Source: an uncultured Lentisphaerales bacterium
GTDB taxonomy: Bacteria > Verrucomicrobiota > Kiritimatiellia > RFP12 > CAYQJG01
Length of the DNA: 64,000 nucleotides
Direction: 5' to 3'
Assembly (NCBI GenBank): GCA_964417715.1
Contig: CAYQJG010000003.1
Location: forward strand, 48,370 to 112,369
This document shows, piece after piece, positions 1-9,891 of this stretch (positions within the stretch are counted from its first letter, which is position 1; the number at the start of each line of letters is the position of its first letter). The translations under genes were made by a program, and so were the position numbers. The notes below the pieces were generated by a model. The model did no database searches, had not been told where the DNA came from, and was given only the letters and a program-made list of their open reading frames with translations.

Positions 1-32
1 AAGAACGAGCCATGCAATCGCGACGAATCCCA

Positions 33-3000
33 TCATTCCACCACCACCAGTCCCCAGCCGTTCGGGTGCAGGCGGCTCTCGGTCGGGATGTCGTTGTTCA
101 CGCCCACCTCCGGGGTGCGGTCGGACCACAGGGCGCGCACGGCGTTGCGCGTGCCGCCCTCGTTGCCGGTGATCACGCCGGCATCGAAGAGGAATTTCAA
201 CCCGGACTGCAGTTTTATCGCCGTGGCACTCCACGGCACGGCCACCTCAACCACGTAGCCACCCGGGATCTCGCGGTAAGCCATCGGCAGATCGTTCCAC
301 TCGGCGATCTCGTCGAAGTCCTCGCGGCCGGAAGCGGGCGTCTCGACGAAGTGCGCGAACGGCTTCTGCTTCTCGGCGGTCTTCGGGCGGTAACGCGTAG
401 CGATCAGCTTGCCGTCCTTGGTGCGGGCGACCAGGACGCGCAGGTCGCCGATCTGCATCGGGTGGCGGTTGCCCGCCGTGACCGGGCGCGCGCCCAGGTG
501 CGGCGTCAGGCACAGCTCCAGGGCGCTGCCGCTCTTGAAGAGCAGCCGGTAGTCGGTCGGCGTGTTCAGGAAAGGCACAGCCGCCTTGACCTCGAACCGG
601 GCATAGAGATTCTGGTCGTCGAAGCCGATCTGCACCTGAGCAGGCCTTTCTTTCGCAGCGCTGATCGGCAGCACGGCCACGCCGCCCCATTCGCCGTCCT
701 TGCCGTCGGCCGCGGCGTTGGCCAGACGCTGAAGCGTCGCCGCATTCCGCCCGCTGTTGCGGGCCAGGACCGCGGTTTGCGCCAGCCGGTTCTGCTCCGC
801 GTTCGTCTGCGCCTGGGCAACCATCGCCTCGGTCACCTTGACCTTGGTGCTTGACCGCTTGATGCTGTCGAGCCCGGTCAATTCCCAGACCCGCTGGTCG
901 CAGTCGCCGCCGAACACGTAGGTCTTGCCGGTCTTCGGATGCCGGAAGAGAGTGCCGTTGAAGGTCTCGGTCAACACCATGGTCTGGTCCAGCTTGTAGG
1001 GGCTGCGCTGGTCCTGGCCGAGGGCGTCGAGGAAGAGGCCGTCCTTGGCGTCGAGCAGGAAGTACTGCCCGTAGTACCCGGTCACCAGTACGAGATCCTC
1101 GAGCGAGGGCTGCATGGCGAAGGCGGAGACGATGTAACCCGGGGTGTAAGGCTCGCTCGTCCAGGCAAAGGCGCAGTGCACGTTCTGGTATTCCCAGAGC
1201 TTCTTCCCCTGCGGCGAAAACTTGACCAAGCGATGGCCGGAGCCTTGGGCCCGGACCCCGCGGTCGAGCGAACCGCCGGAGACGAGGACATAGGTGCTGC
1301 CGTCGTTGGCGGGACTTGGCGGCGTATACGCGCCGCCATCGGCATCCGTCGCGATCAATTCCGGTTGGCCCGGATCGCCGTAGGTCACGCCGCCCTGCTC
1401 GTTGAAGCCGAGGAACTTCCAGCGCACGACCGAGTACGGGGCGGTGGTCTTCGCTCCGCCCTGAGCCGCCCAGCCGTTCCCCGTGGCCCAATACAGATTC
1501 AGATGCCGGTCCATCGGCAAACCCAGGAAGTAACCCGGGACCGTAACGGCGTCGCGTTTTTCCCCGGCCTGGACGCGGCCGTCGTTGTTGGTGTCGATCC
1601 AGACCTGCTTGACCTTGACCTCCTTGGGCTTGCCCGGCTTGCCGTTCTTGCCGATCGGGGTCTCGAGCCGCTTGGAGAGAAACAGGGACATCCGGGGCAC
1701 GGCCCGGGAAGCATCCAGTTCATAGAGGGTGCTCCCGGTCCAGAGAAACCTGCGCCCCTTGACGACCACCACATAGCCGCCGCTGTGATTGCCCTGACCC
1801 TCAAGCTCCACTCCGTCCTCTTCGCCGCCGCGGATCAGGGTGGCGTCGACCTTCCACGACCCCTGCTCGTAGTCGACGAGATAGCGGACGCCCTGCATGT
1901 AAACGACCTCCGGTTTCTCCGGGTCGCAGACCGCACGGGTCGAATAGTCGATCGAGCCGAAGAACTCCTTCCAGAGTTCGCCGTCCGGATTCCAGACCGA
2001 ATACCGTTTCGGCTTCGGATCCGCCTCGGCCACCCAGAGCCGGCCGTTCTTGTCGACCGCGATGCCGTAGGGGTTGAGCATGCCAGCCGGATCGAACGTG
2101 CCCAACAGCGGACGGCCGCCGGCCTTGCCGAACTTCTGCAGCACCTTTCCTTTCGGAGAAAGCTTCCACACCTGCATCGCCTGGCCCTGCAGCGACACGT
2201 AGAGGTTCCCATCCGCATCGCAGGCGACATGCTGCGGCGCGACGAGCTCCTCGGTGATCGGCTCGAAGCGGTTGGCCGCGAGGTCATACCGGCCCAAGCG
2301 CTTGTCGCTCAGCATATACAGCTCGCCCTTGGGCCCCACGGCCAGCCCGCGGGGTTTGTCGACTGGCGCCTCGCCACGCGCTTCGCCCGAGGCGAGATCG
2401 AAGAGCAGCAGGCGCCCGTCGGCGAGGCTGCTGACCACCAGCCGGTCGCCCGCGGCGGCGACGGCGTGGAGAGACCAGCGCCGGGTGTCCCAATCCGGCT
2501 TGCTCTCGTCGGGCTTCTGGGCGGCGACAATCGCTTCGGAGCGCCCGGTGGTGAAGGGCGCGAGGTGGCCGGTGGCGAGGGCGAACTTGGTGAGCCTGGC
2601 CGTGCCTGCCCCTAGCATGTAGCCGAAGCCCTGGTGCAGGGCAACGGCGTGCCCTACGGCCGCGGCGCCATAGCGCTTGCGCCCCTCCAGGTCGGTGCAG
2701 ATCGTCGGCGCCGTCGCCTCGGCATTCGCAGTGCCCAGGATGACGGAGTCGCCCTCGATGCCCATGGTCTGCGGAAAGCGGTAATCGCCGGCCCAGCCGC
2801 CGGTGCCGTCCTCGGTCTGATGCGGCGGCGTGCCGCTCACCCCGATGTCGCAGACGAGCTTCTGGCCAATGCCGTCGTGGGTGAGGATGATGGCCTGGTA
2901 GGCTCCGGTCGGCAAGGGCCGGTCACAGTCGTCGAGACCATCCCAGAGGTAGGTGTGCTTGCCGGTCGGGTAGGGTTGTGCGCCCAGACAGGTGCGGACG

Positions 3001-3932
3001 AGCTTGCCGTCGCCGTTGATGATGGCCAGGCTGACCTTGCTCGCCTTCTCCAGGGCAAAAGCGATGGGAATATGCCCCTCGGCGCGCCCGTCCGCGGTCG
3101 CCTTCTTCGCCATCGTCAGGTTCCCCTTGCTCTCGAACACCGCCTTGCCCCAGGAGCTCGGGCCCATGTAGCCGAGGTCGGTGCTTCCCGGGTTGCGGAG
3201 GTCGGTCATGGTGGTTCGCACCGAGGTGCCCAGTTCGTTGCCCCAGTTCACCTGGAACTGGGCCTGAATCTCGTCGCCACCCTGCAACGGCCGCGGCGCG
3301 CGCAACACACTCCAAGGCACGCGGTATTCGAAGGTGTACCCCTTGCCGTCAGCTTCCGGTTTGTAGGCGCCTTCGACGCCGGCTGGATTGAGCGTGTGAT
3401 CCTTGAAGCCGAGCGTGTACATGGCGAAGTAGCCCGGCTTCTGGTCCTGCGTCGAGTACCAGAGCGTAATGTGGTTGATGAAATGCTGATCCTCCGGCGA
3501 CATCCGCGAGCCGGTCTGGAGCGAGGCGGAGGATTTCAGTTCCGGATTTGCGAGGAGTCGCACCTGGAGCGCATCGGCGTTCCAGGACATCGACGGTTCG
3601 CCGGAGAAGGCATAGGCGTTGCGCAGCGGCGTCGGATCACGGAACACGCCGCCGATATGGAGGAACTCCTTGTCATACATCATCACCACGCGAGCCGAAT
3701 GGGTTTCCCGGCTCGCTTCGTCAATGAACATGACGATCGCCCCCGAGAGATCCCATTCACCGAGATCGCCGTCGATCACGATCTTGCCGGGTGCCGGCAC
3801 GACATGGATTTCGGTGTAGTCGGCCTTGTTGACAGTCGCGGCGTAGCCATAGGCGTCGCGGGCTCCGGCCAGCAGACTGGCGGCGGCCAGACTCACGGCC
3901 ATCAGCGGGGTGAAAAGGCGTTGGTGGCTCAT
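33..3932 (-). CDS. Large secreted multidomain protein: CBM9-like sugar-binding domain, FlgD-Ig domain, NHL/beta-propeller repeats, C-terminal CBM9-like domain
   Basis: Start reassigned to MSHQRLF (GGAGAG RBS, signal peptide). IDGDLGEW and DGKDGEW CBM9-like openings; VSLAI...LVRT...WDGLDD FlgD motif; PRGLAV/PQHVAC/PYGIAV NHL repeats. Confidence 0.75.
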   Translation of the reverse strand: MSHQRLFTPLMAVSLAAASLLAGARDAYGYAATVNKADYTEIHVVPAPGKIVIDGDLGEWDLSGAIVMFIDEASRETHSARVVMMYDKEFLHIGGVFRDPTPLRNAYAFSGEPSMSWNADALQVRLLANPELKSSASLQTGSRMSPEDQHFINHITLWYSTQDQKPGYFAMYTLGFKDHTLNPAGVEGAYKPEADGKGYTFEYRVPWSVLRAPRPLQGGDEIQAQFQVNWGNELGTSVRTTMTDLRNPGSTDLGYMGPSSWGKAVFESKGNLTMAKKATADGRAEGHIPIAFALEKASKVSLAIINGDGKLVRTCLGAQPYPTGKHTYLWDGLDDCDRPLPTGAYQAIILTHDGIGQKLVCDIGVSGTPPHQTEDGTGGWAGDYRFPQTMGIEGDSVILGTANAEATAPTICTDLEGRKRYGAAAVGHAVALHQGFGYMLGAGTARLTKFALATGHLAPFTTGRSEAIVAAQKPDESKPDWDTRRWSLHAVAAAGDRLVVSSLADGRLLLFDLASGEARGEAPVDKPRGLAVGPKGELYMLSDKRLGRYDLAANRFEPITEELVAPQHVACDADGNLYVSLQGQAMQVWKLSPKGKVLQKFGKAGGRPLLGTFDPAGMLNPYGIAVDKNGRLWVAEADPKPKRYSVWNPDGELWKEFFGSIDYSTRAVCDPEKPEVVYMQGVRYLVDYEQGSWKVDATLIRGGEEDGVELEGQGNHSGGYVVVVKGRRFLWTGSTLYELDASRAVPRMSLFLSKRLETPIGKNGKPGKPKEVKVKQVWIDTNNDGRVQAGEKRDAVTVPGYFLGLPMDRHLNLYWATGNGWAAQGGAKTTAPYSVVRWKFLGFNEQGGVTYGDPGQPELIATDADGGAYTPPSPANDGSTYVLVSGGSLDRGVRAQGSGHRLVKFSPQGKKLWEYQNVHCAFAWTSEPYTPGYIVSAFAMQPSLEDLVLVTGYYGQYFLLDAKDGLFLDALGQDQRSPYKLDQTMVLTETFNGTLFRHPKTGKTYVFGGDCDQRVWELTGLDSIKRSSTKVKVTEAMVAQAQTNAEQNRLAQTAVLARNSGRNAATLQRLANAAADGKDGEWGGVAVLPISAAKERPAQVQIGFDDQNLYARFEVKAAVPFLNTPTDYRLLFKSGSALELCLTPHLGARPVTAGNRHPMQIGDLRVLVARTKDGKLIATRYRPKTAEKQKPFAHFVETPASGREDFDEIAEWNDLPMAYREIPGGYVVEVAVPWSATAIKLQSGLKFLFDAGVITGNEGGTRNAVRALWSDRTPEVGVNNDIPTESRLHPNGWGLVVVE

Positions 3933-4033
3933 GGTTTCTCTCCGATGCATTGTTGCGTCTCCTGTAGTCGGTCCGACATGTTTCACAATTCCACTGACCA
4001 TCGTTCCCCGGCCCACTCTTCCAAGGTCGGTCA

Positions 4034-7000
4034 TCACTTGCCTCCTGTCGGAATCGCATGCGGCACGGGTATCCCGATCTGCAGGGAGCGGTCACGCTTG
4101 CCGGTGGCCGGATCCAACAGGGCCAGGGAGCATCCGACCGGTTTGTCCTTGTCTTTCGGCGTCACATCGAACAGGAGGACCACGGCGTTCATCCCCGCCT
4201 TCAGTGCCGCCGGAACGCCGGGCTGCGGCGCTGCCGCTGCGCTGTTGTCCTTGGGCTTCTGGGATGAAGCCGCAGCCTTCGCCAGGGGCGCGCCGTTCAC
4301 CCAGGCCACCGTGGGCTTGGAGGGCCCGGGGAACGCGACACGCACGTCCATGGCCTTGGGGGCCGCAACCTGCGTGGCAACATAGACCCGTCCGGCGGCG
4401 AACTTCGGCGGCACCCCTTCCGGCCACCGGACCACCCCCTCGGTCACCACTCGTTGCCAACCGGCCCTTTCCCGTTCAGCTGCAACGGCCGGAAACACAG
4501 GGGCGGCCTCGCCCCTGCCGTCGAGATCGAGATCACCCTGCCTGCCGGCGGGCGCAAGGCTGTCAGTCATGGCGCCTGCCTTGACCTTGTCGAGCGGGTT
4601 GACCGTCTTAACCCACCACTCCTGCTCGTAAACCAACTCGACCGGAAGCGCTGCGGCCGGCTGCGGGACCCCGCCAACCGTCCATTCGCACGCGACCTCA
4701 TGGAGGCCGGGGTCGGTTGCCGGGTCCAGTCTGGCGAAAGAACGCGAGAGCGCGGCCGAGGAGCCCGACGGCACGACGGCGGCTTCCTGCCACGGTTGGC
4801 TTGACGACCCCGGCAGCGTCGCAACCTTGATGGCGACGCGTTGCTCGGTCTTGGTGAAGTTGCTGACGCGGGCAGCCAGCGTGCCGCCGGTTACGAGTCC
4901 AAGGCGCTGAGGAGCGCGCGCCAGCGGAAGGATGTTGGGCGTCCAGTTGACGCTGCCGTCCGGCAGGCCTGCAGCCTCGATTGACAGATTCACTCCCTCC
5001 TGTCGGAGGCCGCACAAGGCCTGGGCCTGGGTGCGGGATAGAACGAGCGGGATCGCGAACGGCACGCCGGCATCCGCCTTGGGACTGGTCACCGTGACCT
5101 CCCGGGCCGCGCCCGCCGGGCCGGCCGGCAGGCGGATGGTGACCGGGGTGGGCCCCGCCGCCACGCACTTCAGCGTGCCGCGGATTTCAGTCAGGATGAG
5201 GTCGCCGTCAAGGTACGGCGTGGCTTCAAGCGTGACCGTAAAGGGCGAGCGCGCCGGCGGGCCGCTCGGCACAAAGGCCGTGCGCGGGCCGGCAGGCTTG
5301 GCCTGGCGCTGCAGCTTCGCCTGCGTGCGGGTGCCGTCCGTCATATCTTCCGCTTCCACCGTCCATTCGCCGGCTGGATCGTTGAGGGCGAACGCAGCCG
5401 TAAATACGTGCGGGCCGCCGCCGGTCGCCCAGCGGGTCAGCGCCTCGACCTCCTTGCCCTGCGGATCCAGGAAACGGACGCAGCAGGAGTGTCCAGGCAG
5501 TTCCAGCAATTTGCCCGTGGCGACCACGCGTCTCAGTTCGACCTGGACCTGCTCGGTGCCGGCCACGTCGTTTTGGGAGAGACGGAGCGCCAGCGTGCCG
5601 GTGGGTTCCGCCGTCAACAGGGACAGGATGGTGCCCTGCCCGGCTTCCAGCGCGAGGTCCACGCTGACGCCCTGGGCGTCCGCCTGCAGCGGCAGCAGTT
5701 TATTTGCACGCAAATCGCGGACGGCCTTGACCGCCGGATCGAGGATGCGCAGACGGCCCGCCACCTGCGGTTCGCTGGCCAGTTTCACCACCTGCTTCTT
5801 GGCGTCGGCGGGATCGGCTGCGAGCTTGCCGGCCGCTTCGGACACGATATAGAGGTACTCCTGCCGCGCATCGTACGTTTCGGCGCGGAACGCCCGCAGG
5901 TAGGGCTGGATGCGCCCCTTGGCGTCGGTGCAGGCGAGCCGCTGCGGCACCCCGGCCCGGGCGAGCAGCGCGCGCATGAAGGCGGCGTTGCGATCCGGAA
6001 TGCTGGAGTCGACCAGCAGGGAGAGCTGGCCCTCGCTGAAGCCGCCCGACAGGCCGTTGTCCCGGAACATGCCCAGCAGTTCGAAATTGAGGTACAGCAC
6101 CCAGCCCTTGCCCATCGGACCGGTGAGCGCGAGCAGCTTGCCTCCGGCGCGGACCGGCTGGAGCCCGGATTCCGGCGTGGCCGTGGCACCGGGGCCCCAC
6201 TTGCCGACCACGGTGACGCCGGCGAGGCCGGGGAAGGACGCCGCCAGCGGGCTGAGGTCGATCGCCTCGGCACCCTCGGGCAGCGTGCCTTCCGGCGTCA
6301 GCACCTCGGAACCGTCGTCGCGCTGCTTCGCCTCGGCCTCCTGGGGAGCGGCGCCTTCCGCCGAGGCCGTCACCATGATGCCCAGGCGGGTGAGCTCCTT
6401 GGCGTAGTTCCCCTGCAGCACCAGGCCGGCGCCGCGCCGCACCGCGTCCTGCAGCTCGGCCAGTCCGCCGGGGGCGCGTGTGGGCAATGCCGTGTCCAGC
6501 GGGGCCTTGATGGCGAGGATGAGCCGGGTGGCCTCGTCGGGCCGCAGGCCGCCGCGCGGCATGATGCCGCAGGCGAGCAACCCCTCGACGAAGTTCTGCT
6601 CGCCGCCGTTGTAGTGGTTCACGAGCAGGAGCACGGCTGGATCCACCCGCGTGCGCGTCTCCAGGATGACGGGGCGCAGTCCATGGATGGCCTGGCGGAT
6701 CGCCTGGAAGTTCCTGCCGTCGGCCGTGACCGTGCCATCGGACGACACCGGCACCGACCCGTACATGTCGCCGGCCCCGTACACGGTGAACAGCCGGTAA
6801 TTGCAGGCCAGCGAGGCCCAGTAGAGGTGCTCCTGCTGGCCGATCACCCCGAGCAGTTCACTGCCCCGGTAGAATCCGGTCCTGAGCTTGACCATCATGT
6901 TCCCTGGACGCAGGTCATAGTGCGCCTGCGCCTGAACGAACACTGAGGCGATATCCAAGGTCGTCTTGTTGATGCCCGACCGCGGACTGAAAGAGTCGTA

Positions 7001-8005
7001 GCGTCTGTTGTAGAGGCAATGGGTCGCCCCCGGCGTGAAGGCGGCCGGCGTCTGCATCTGGCGCATCACGGCCATGCGCTGCGCAGGCATCTCGACATCG
7101 CTGAACTCGCGATCAGCGGACTTAAACGCTCCCTTGGCCTGCGGGAAGCCGTCGCGCAGCGTCTCATCCCAGCTCAGGATGTCGGTCCCGAACTTCTGGT
7201 TGAACCGGCTGACGGTCGGCACATTCAGGAAGGGATCGGCCCGCAGCAGACGCAGGCGGACCGCCCGCATGGCAGGGGCGGCCAACTTGACCGTCATCTC
7301 GTCGGTCAGCGAGATCAAGACCATGCCGCCGTCATGGCTGATGGCGGGTGCGATCCAATTGCGGAACCCGCCGAGACCCGTCCCGTCGGGATGCAGGACG
7401 GTCTCCTCAGGATAGCCCTCGATCGGCCCATGGGCGGCATGATCCCGGAAGAACCCGTAGGGAAACCGGTAGTCCGGCGCGGTGCCGCCCGCGCCGTTCA
7501 TGCCGATTTCCCGGATGGTCCTGGCCATGGCATCCGAGACAGGACCGCCGGCCCAGTACAGCCACACCAGGTCGCGACGGAAATCGAACTTCTCGATCCG
7601 ACCGGTCGGCACCCAGACGGTCTGCACCTCGGCGCCGCCGGCATCGCGGACCAGGCCCCGGAAGAGGTATCGTCCGGCAGGCAGCGGCGGGTAGGAGATG
7701 GTGAACGCCACGGTCGCCGGACTCGCCGCATCGCCCGGGACGATGGAGACCGCATCCCCCGTCCAGAACACCCGCCCCCAACCATCGGCAAAACTGGGCG
7801 TCAGGACGAAGTTCCCCGCAACGGTCGCTTTCGGATTCCTTGTAAAGGCCAGCGAGAGGGAGAGCGTGCCGCCCTCTGGCTTGAGGACAAGGTCGCTCCC
7901 GGCCACCTTGCAGATCAGCGGCTCGATGGGTTGAGCGGCATGGGCTGTAACCGCGCCGACACCCAGACAGCAGACCGCCACGATCCCGTGCAATCGCTTC
8001 ACCAT
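4034..8005 (-). CDS. Large secreted hypothetical protein, possibly GH42-like with trimerisation/Ig domains
   Basis: Start reassigned to MVKRLHGIVAVCCLG (GGGAGG RBS, signal peptide ending AHA). ALNDPAGEWTVEAED Ig-like motif. The upstream part of the listed ORF overlaps the GH20 gene. Confidence 0.6.
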   Translation of the reverse strand: MVKRLHGIVAVCCLGVGAVTAHAAQPIEPLICKVAGSDLVLKPEGGTLSLSLAFTRNPKATVAGNFVLTPSFADGWGRVFWTGDAVSIVPGDAASPATVAFTISYPPLPAGRYLFRGLVRDAGGAEVQTVWVPTGRIEKFDFRRDLVWLYWAGGPVSDAMARTIREIGMNGAGGTAPDYRFPYGFFRDHAAHGPIEGYPEETVLHPDGTGLGGFRNWIAPAISHDGGMVLISLTDEMTVKLAAPAMRAVRLRLLRADPFLNVPTVSRFNQKFGTDILSWDETLRDGFPQAKGAFKSADREFSDVEMPAQRMAVMRQMQTPAAFTPGATHCLYNRRYDSFSPRSGINKTTLDIASVFVQAQAHYDLRPGNMMVKLRTGFYRGSELLGVIGQQEHLYWASLACNYRLFTVYGAGDMYGSVPVSSDGTVTADGRNFQAIRQAIHGLRPVILETRTRVDPAVLLLVNHYNGGEQNFVEGLLACGIMPRGGLRPDEATRLILAIKAPLDTALPTRAPGGLAELQDAVRRGAGLVLQGNYAKELTRLGIMVTASAEGAAPQEAEAKQRDDGSEVLTPEGTLPEGAEAIDLSPLAASFPGLAGVTVVGKWGPGATATPESGLQPVRAGGKLLALTGPMGKGWVLYLNFELLGMFRDNGLSGGFSEGQLSLLVDSSIPDRNAAFMRALLARAGVPQRLACTDAKGRIQPYLRAFRAETYDARQEYLYIVSEAAGKLAADPADAKKQVVKLASEPQVAGRLRILDPAVKAVRDLRANKLLPLQADAQGVSVDLALEAGQGTILSLLTAEPTGTLALRLSQNDVAGTEQVQVELRRVVATGKLLELPGHSCCVRFLDPQGKEVEALTRWATGGGPHVFTAAFALNDPAGEWTVEAEDMTDGTRTQAKLQRQAKPAGPRTAFVPSGPPARSPFTVTLEATPYLDGDLILTEIRGTLKCVAAGPTPVTIRLPAGPAGAAREVTVTSPKADAGVPFAIPLVLSRTQAQALCGLRQEGVNLSIEAAGLPDGSVNWTPNILPLARAPQRLGLVTGGTLAARVSNFTKTEQRVAIKVATLPGSSSQPWQEAAVVPSGSSAALSRSFARLDPATDPGLHEVACEWTVGGVPQPAAALPVELVYEQEWWVKTVNPLDKVKAGAMTDSLAPAGRQGDLDLDGRGEAAPVFPAVAAERERAGWQRVVTEGVVRWPEGVPPKFAAGRVYVATQVAAPKAMDVRVAFPGPSKPTVAWVNGAPLAKAAASSQKPKDNSAAAAPQPGVPAALKAGMNAVVLLFDVTPKDKDKPVGCSLALLDPATGKRDRSLQIGIPVPHAIPTGGK

Positions 8006-8049
8006 GATACGCCTCCCATTTTCGGATCCCGATCCCGTTGCCGCCTTGT

Positions 8050-9741
8050 TCATGCGTCGCCCATCAGCCGTCGCAATTGCTCCGCGATCCAGTCGAACCG
8101 GGGCGCCGGGACGGCGCGTCGCAGCGCGCGGGCTGTGTCGGCCTTGAGCTTCTCCCGCAGTTTGGGCGTGAGGCTGCCGTTGTGATCGATCAACATTTTC
8201 CAGGCGATGCCCGGAGAGTTGCCCGGCCAGATCAATTCCTCGCACTCCGCGAACAGCACCTCGTCGCTCGCGGCCGGATCGCCTTGGGCCAGTTTGCCCA
8301 TCAGGTAAATACCCGGCGCAGCCAGTCCCAAGCCACCGTCGCCCATCTCCCAGATGGTATCGAGGACCCCGACCATGCCGCGGCGCCGGCAGTCCAGGGT
8401 CATCGGCCGGATGTTGTCGTAGCGATTGAACGGGCAGCCGATCACCTCGAAGCCTTGGTCCTTCAGATAGGCCAGTGTCGGGAAGGTCGCCCAGTTGTAG
8501 TACTGCCAGTCGAGCACCACGATGTCGCGCGGCAGCTTCTCGACGAGCAGCGGCATGCGCAGCAGATGGTCGCTCCACACCATCATGCGCTTGCCGTGGC
8601 GGCCCACCTTTTCATGCAGCCAGAGCAGGTGGTCGAGGAAGATCTGTTCCTTGCCGAGCGCCGTGGCACCGCGCTGGCGGCAGCGCGGGCAGCGCCCGAT
8701 TACGCGCGACTCGTCGCAGTTGACGTTGAAGTAGTTCGACGACGAGAGCGGGATCAGTTCGTCCAGCAGGTCGCCGAGGAAGGCGTAGGTGTCCGGGTGG
8801 CTGGGGCAGAGCTGCCAGGGGTCGCCGTCTTCCGCCAGTCGGATATAGTCGGGATGCGAAAGAATCCCCGGCATGTGGCCGAAGCTGGTCTGAGACAGAA
8901 TAAGTTCGACGCCCCGTTCTCGGCAGGCGGCGTCGATGCGGCGCACTCCGGCTGCGTCCAGCGCCTGCGGCGCGGCGAAAGCGGGGTGCTTCTGGAAGCG
9001 GAACCCGTTCTCGAAATAGAGCATGAAATGCGTGCAGCCGCAGACCGCCAGCCAGTCGACGAATTTGACGAAGGTCTCGACGTCGTAGATCTTCCCGGCC
9101 CGGCTGGTGTCGTACATCAGGCCAACGAATTTCAGATTTCGGATTTGCGATTGCCGATTACGCGAATCGGGTCTTCCTGCTTCTTCTGCTGCCTGAACCC
9201 CGAGCCCTGAACCCTCCACGTTGACCTTCGCGAACCCCGGCACGAACTCGCCGAACGTGGCGTTCGCCAGTGGCCAGTAGGACCACTCGCGGTTGTCCCA
9301 GTTGCGGCCGATGTTCAGGCGAAAGGATGCCGGGACCGCGCCGCCGCGCAGCGCGAACATGGCCGCCAGCGGCAGGCGCAACGCCACACGCCAGCCATCG
9401 AGGGTCAGGGATGCCTCAACCCGGGCCGGGATCGGATAGGGTTCCGCGCCCCAAGCCGCACGGGTGTGGGGAAATGCCGTCCCGAGCTGATTTGTGACAA
9501 CCGTACCGTCCGGCGCCACCTCGACCGAGATCGTGTCCGCATCTCGTCCCACCGGGTCGAACGTCACCACCAGCCTGTCGTTCGCCGAGACGCCGGCGGC
9601 GTCGCAGCGGCATTGCGCCTGAATGACCAGGTCGCCTCCATCCCGCCGCAGCGACACCTCGGTGTCGCAGTTCGCGTGTTGGCCGGTGCTGATGTTGAGA
9701 AATCCGTCGATGACCTGCGCCGGAGACGCCGCTGCCTTCAT
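8050..9741 (-). CDS. GH20-family beta-N-acetylhexosaminidase-like protein with N-terminal CBM9-like domain
   Basis: GLMYDTSR, MLYFEN, QTSFGH, NVNCDE (catalytic DE), MMVWSD and VLDWQY motifs. Confidence 0.8.
   Translation of the reverse strand: MKAAASPAQVIDGFLNISTGQHANCDTEVSLRRDGGDLVIQAQCRCDAAGVSANDRLVVTFDPVGRDADTISVEVAPDGTVVTNQLGTAFPHTRAAWGAEPYPIPARVEASLTLDGWRVALRLPLAAMFALRGGAVPASFRLNIGRNWDNREWSYWPLANATFGEFVPGFAKVNVEGSGLGVQAAEEAGRPDSRNRQSQIRNLKFVGLMYDTSRAGKIYDVETFVKFVDWLAVCGCTHFMLYFENGFRFQKHPAFAAPQALDAAGVRRIDAACRERGVELILSQTSFGHMPGILSHPDYIRLAEDGDPWQLCPSHPDTYAFLGDLLDELIPLSSSNYFNVNCDESRVIGRCPRCRQRGATALGKEQIFLDHLLWLHEKVGRHGKRMMVWSDHLLRMPLLVEKLPRDIVVLDWQYYNWATFPTLAYLKDQGFEVIGCPFNRYDNIRPMTLDCRRRGMVGVLDTIWEMGDGGLGLAAPGIYLMGKLAQGDPAASDEVLFAECEELIWPGNSPGIAWKMLIDHNGSLTPKLREKLKADTARALRRAVPAPRFDWIAEQLRRLMGDA
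9131..9215. repeat. Two degenerate heptamer tandem arrays in the GH20 interdomain linker
   Basis: TTCAGAT-TTCGGAT-TTGCGAT-TGCCGAT (9131-9158) and CCTGAAC-CCCGAGC-CCTGAAC (9192-9212). Confidence 0.6.
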
Positions 9742-9891
9742 TTGCCGTCGTTTCTGCATCCAGGCTCCTTCATTTCCTGAGCACCGACAAACAGGGCAAT
9801 AGGCCGTTCCATCACCCCAGCCCCCGATGGTCTGCCTAACATTGCTTTGCCGTTCTCTTTGTGTTCTTCATATCTCGCAGTTCTCAGGATG

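Noticed and set aside
8006-8578. N-terminal extensions in the ORF track (also 12043-12834, 18778-19254, 51979-52437)
   Set aside because: They overlap upstream genes in another frame; better starts with RBS, signal peptide or ATGA coupling lie downstream
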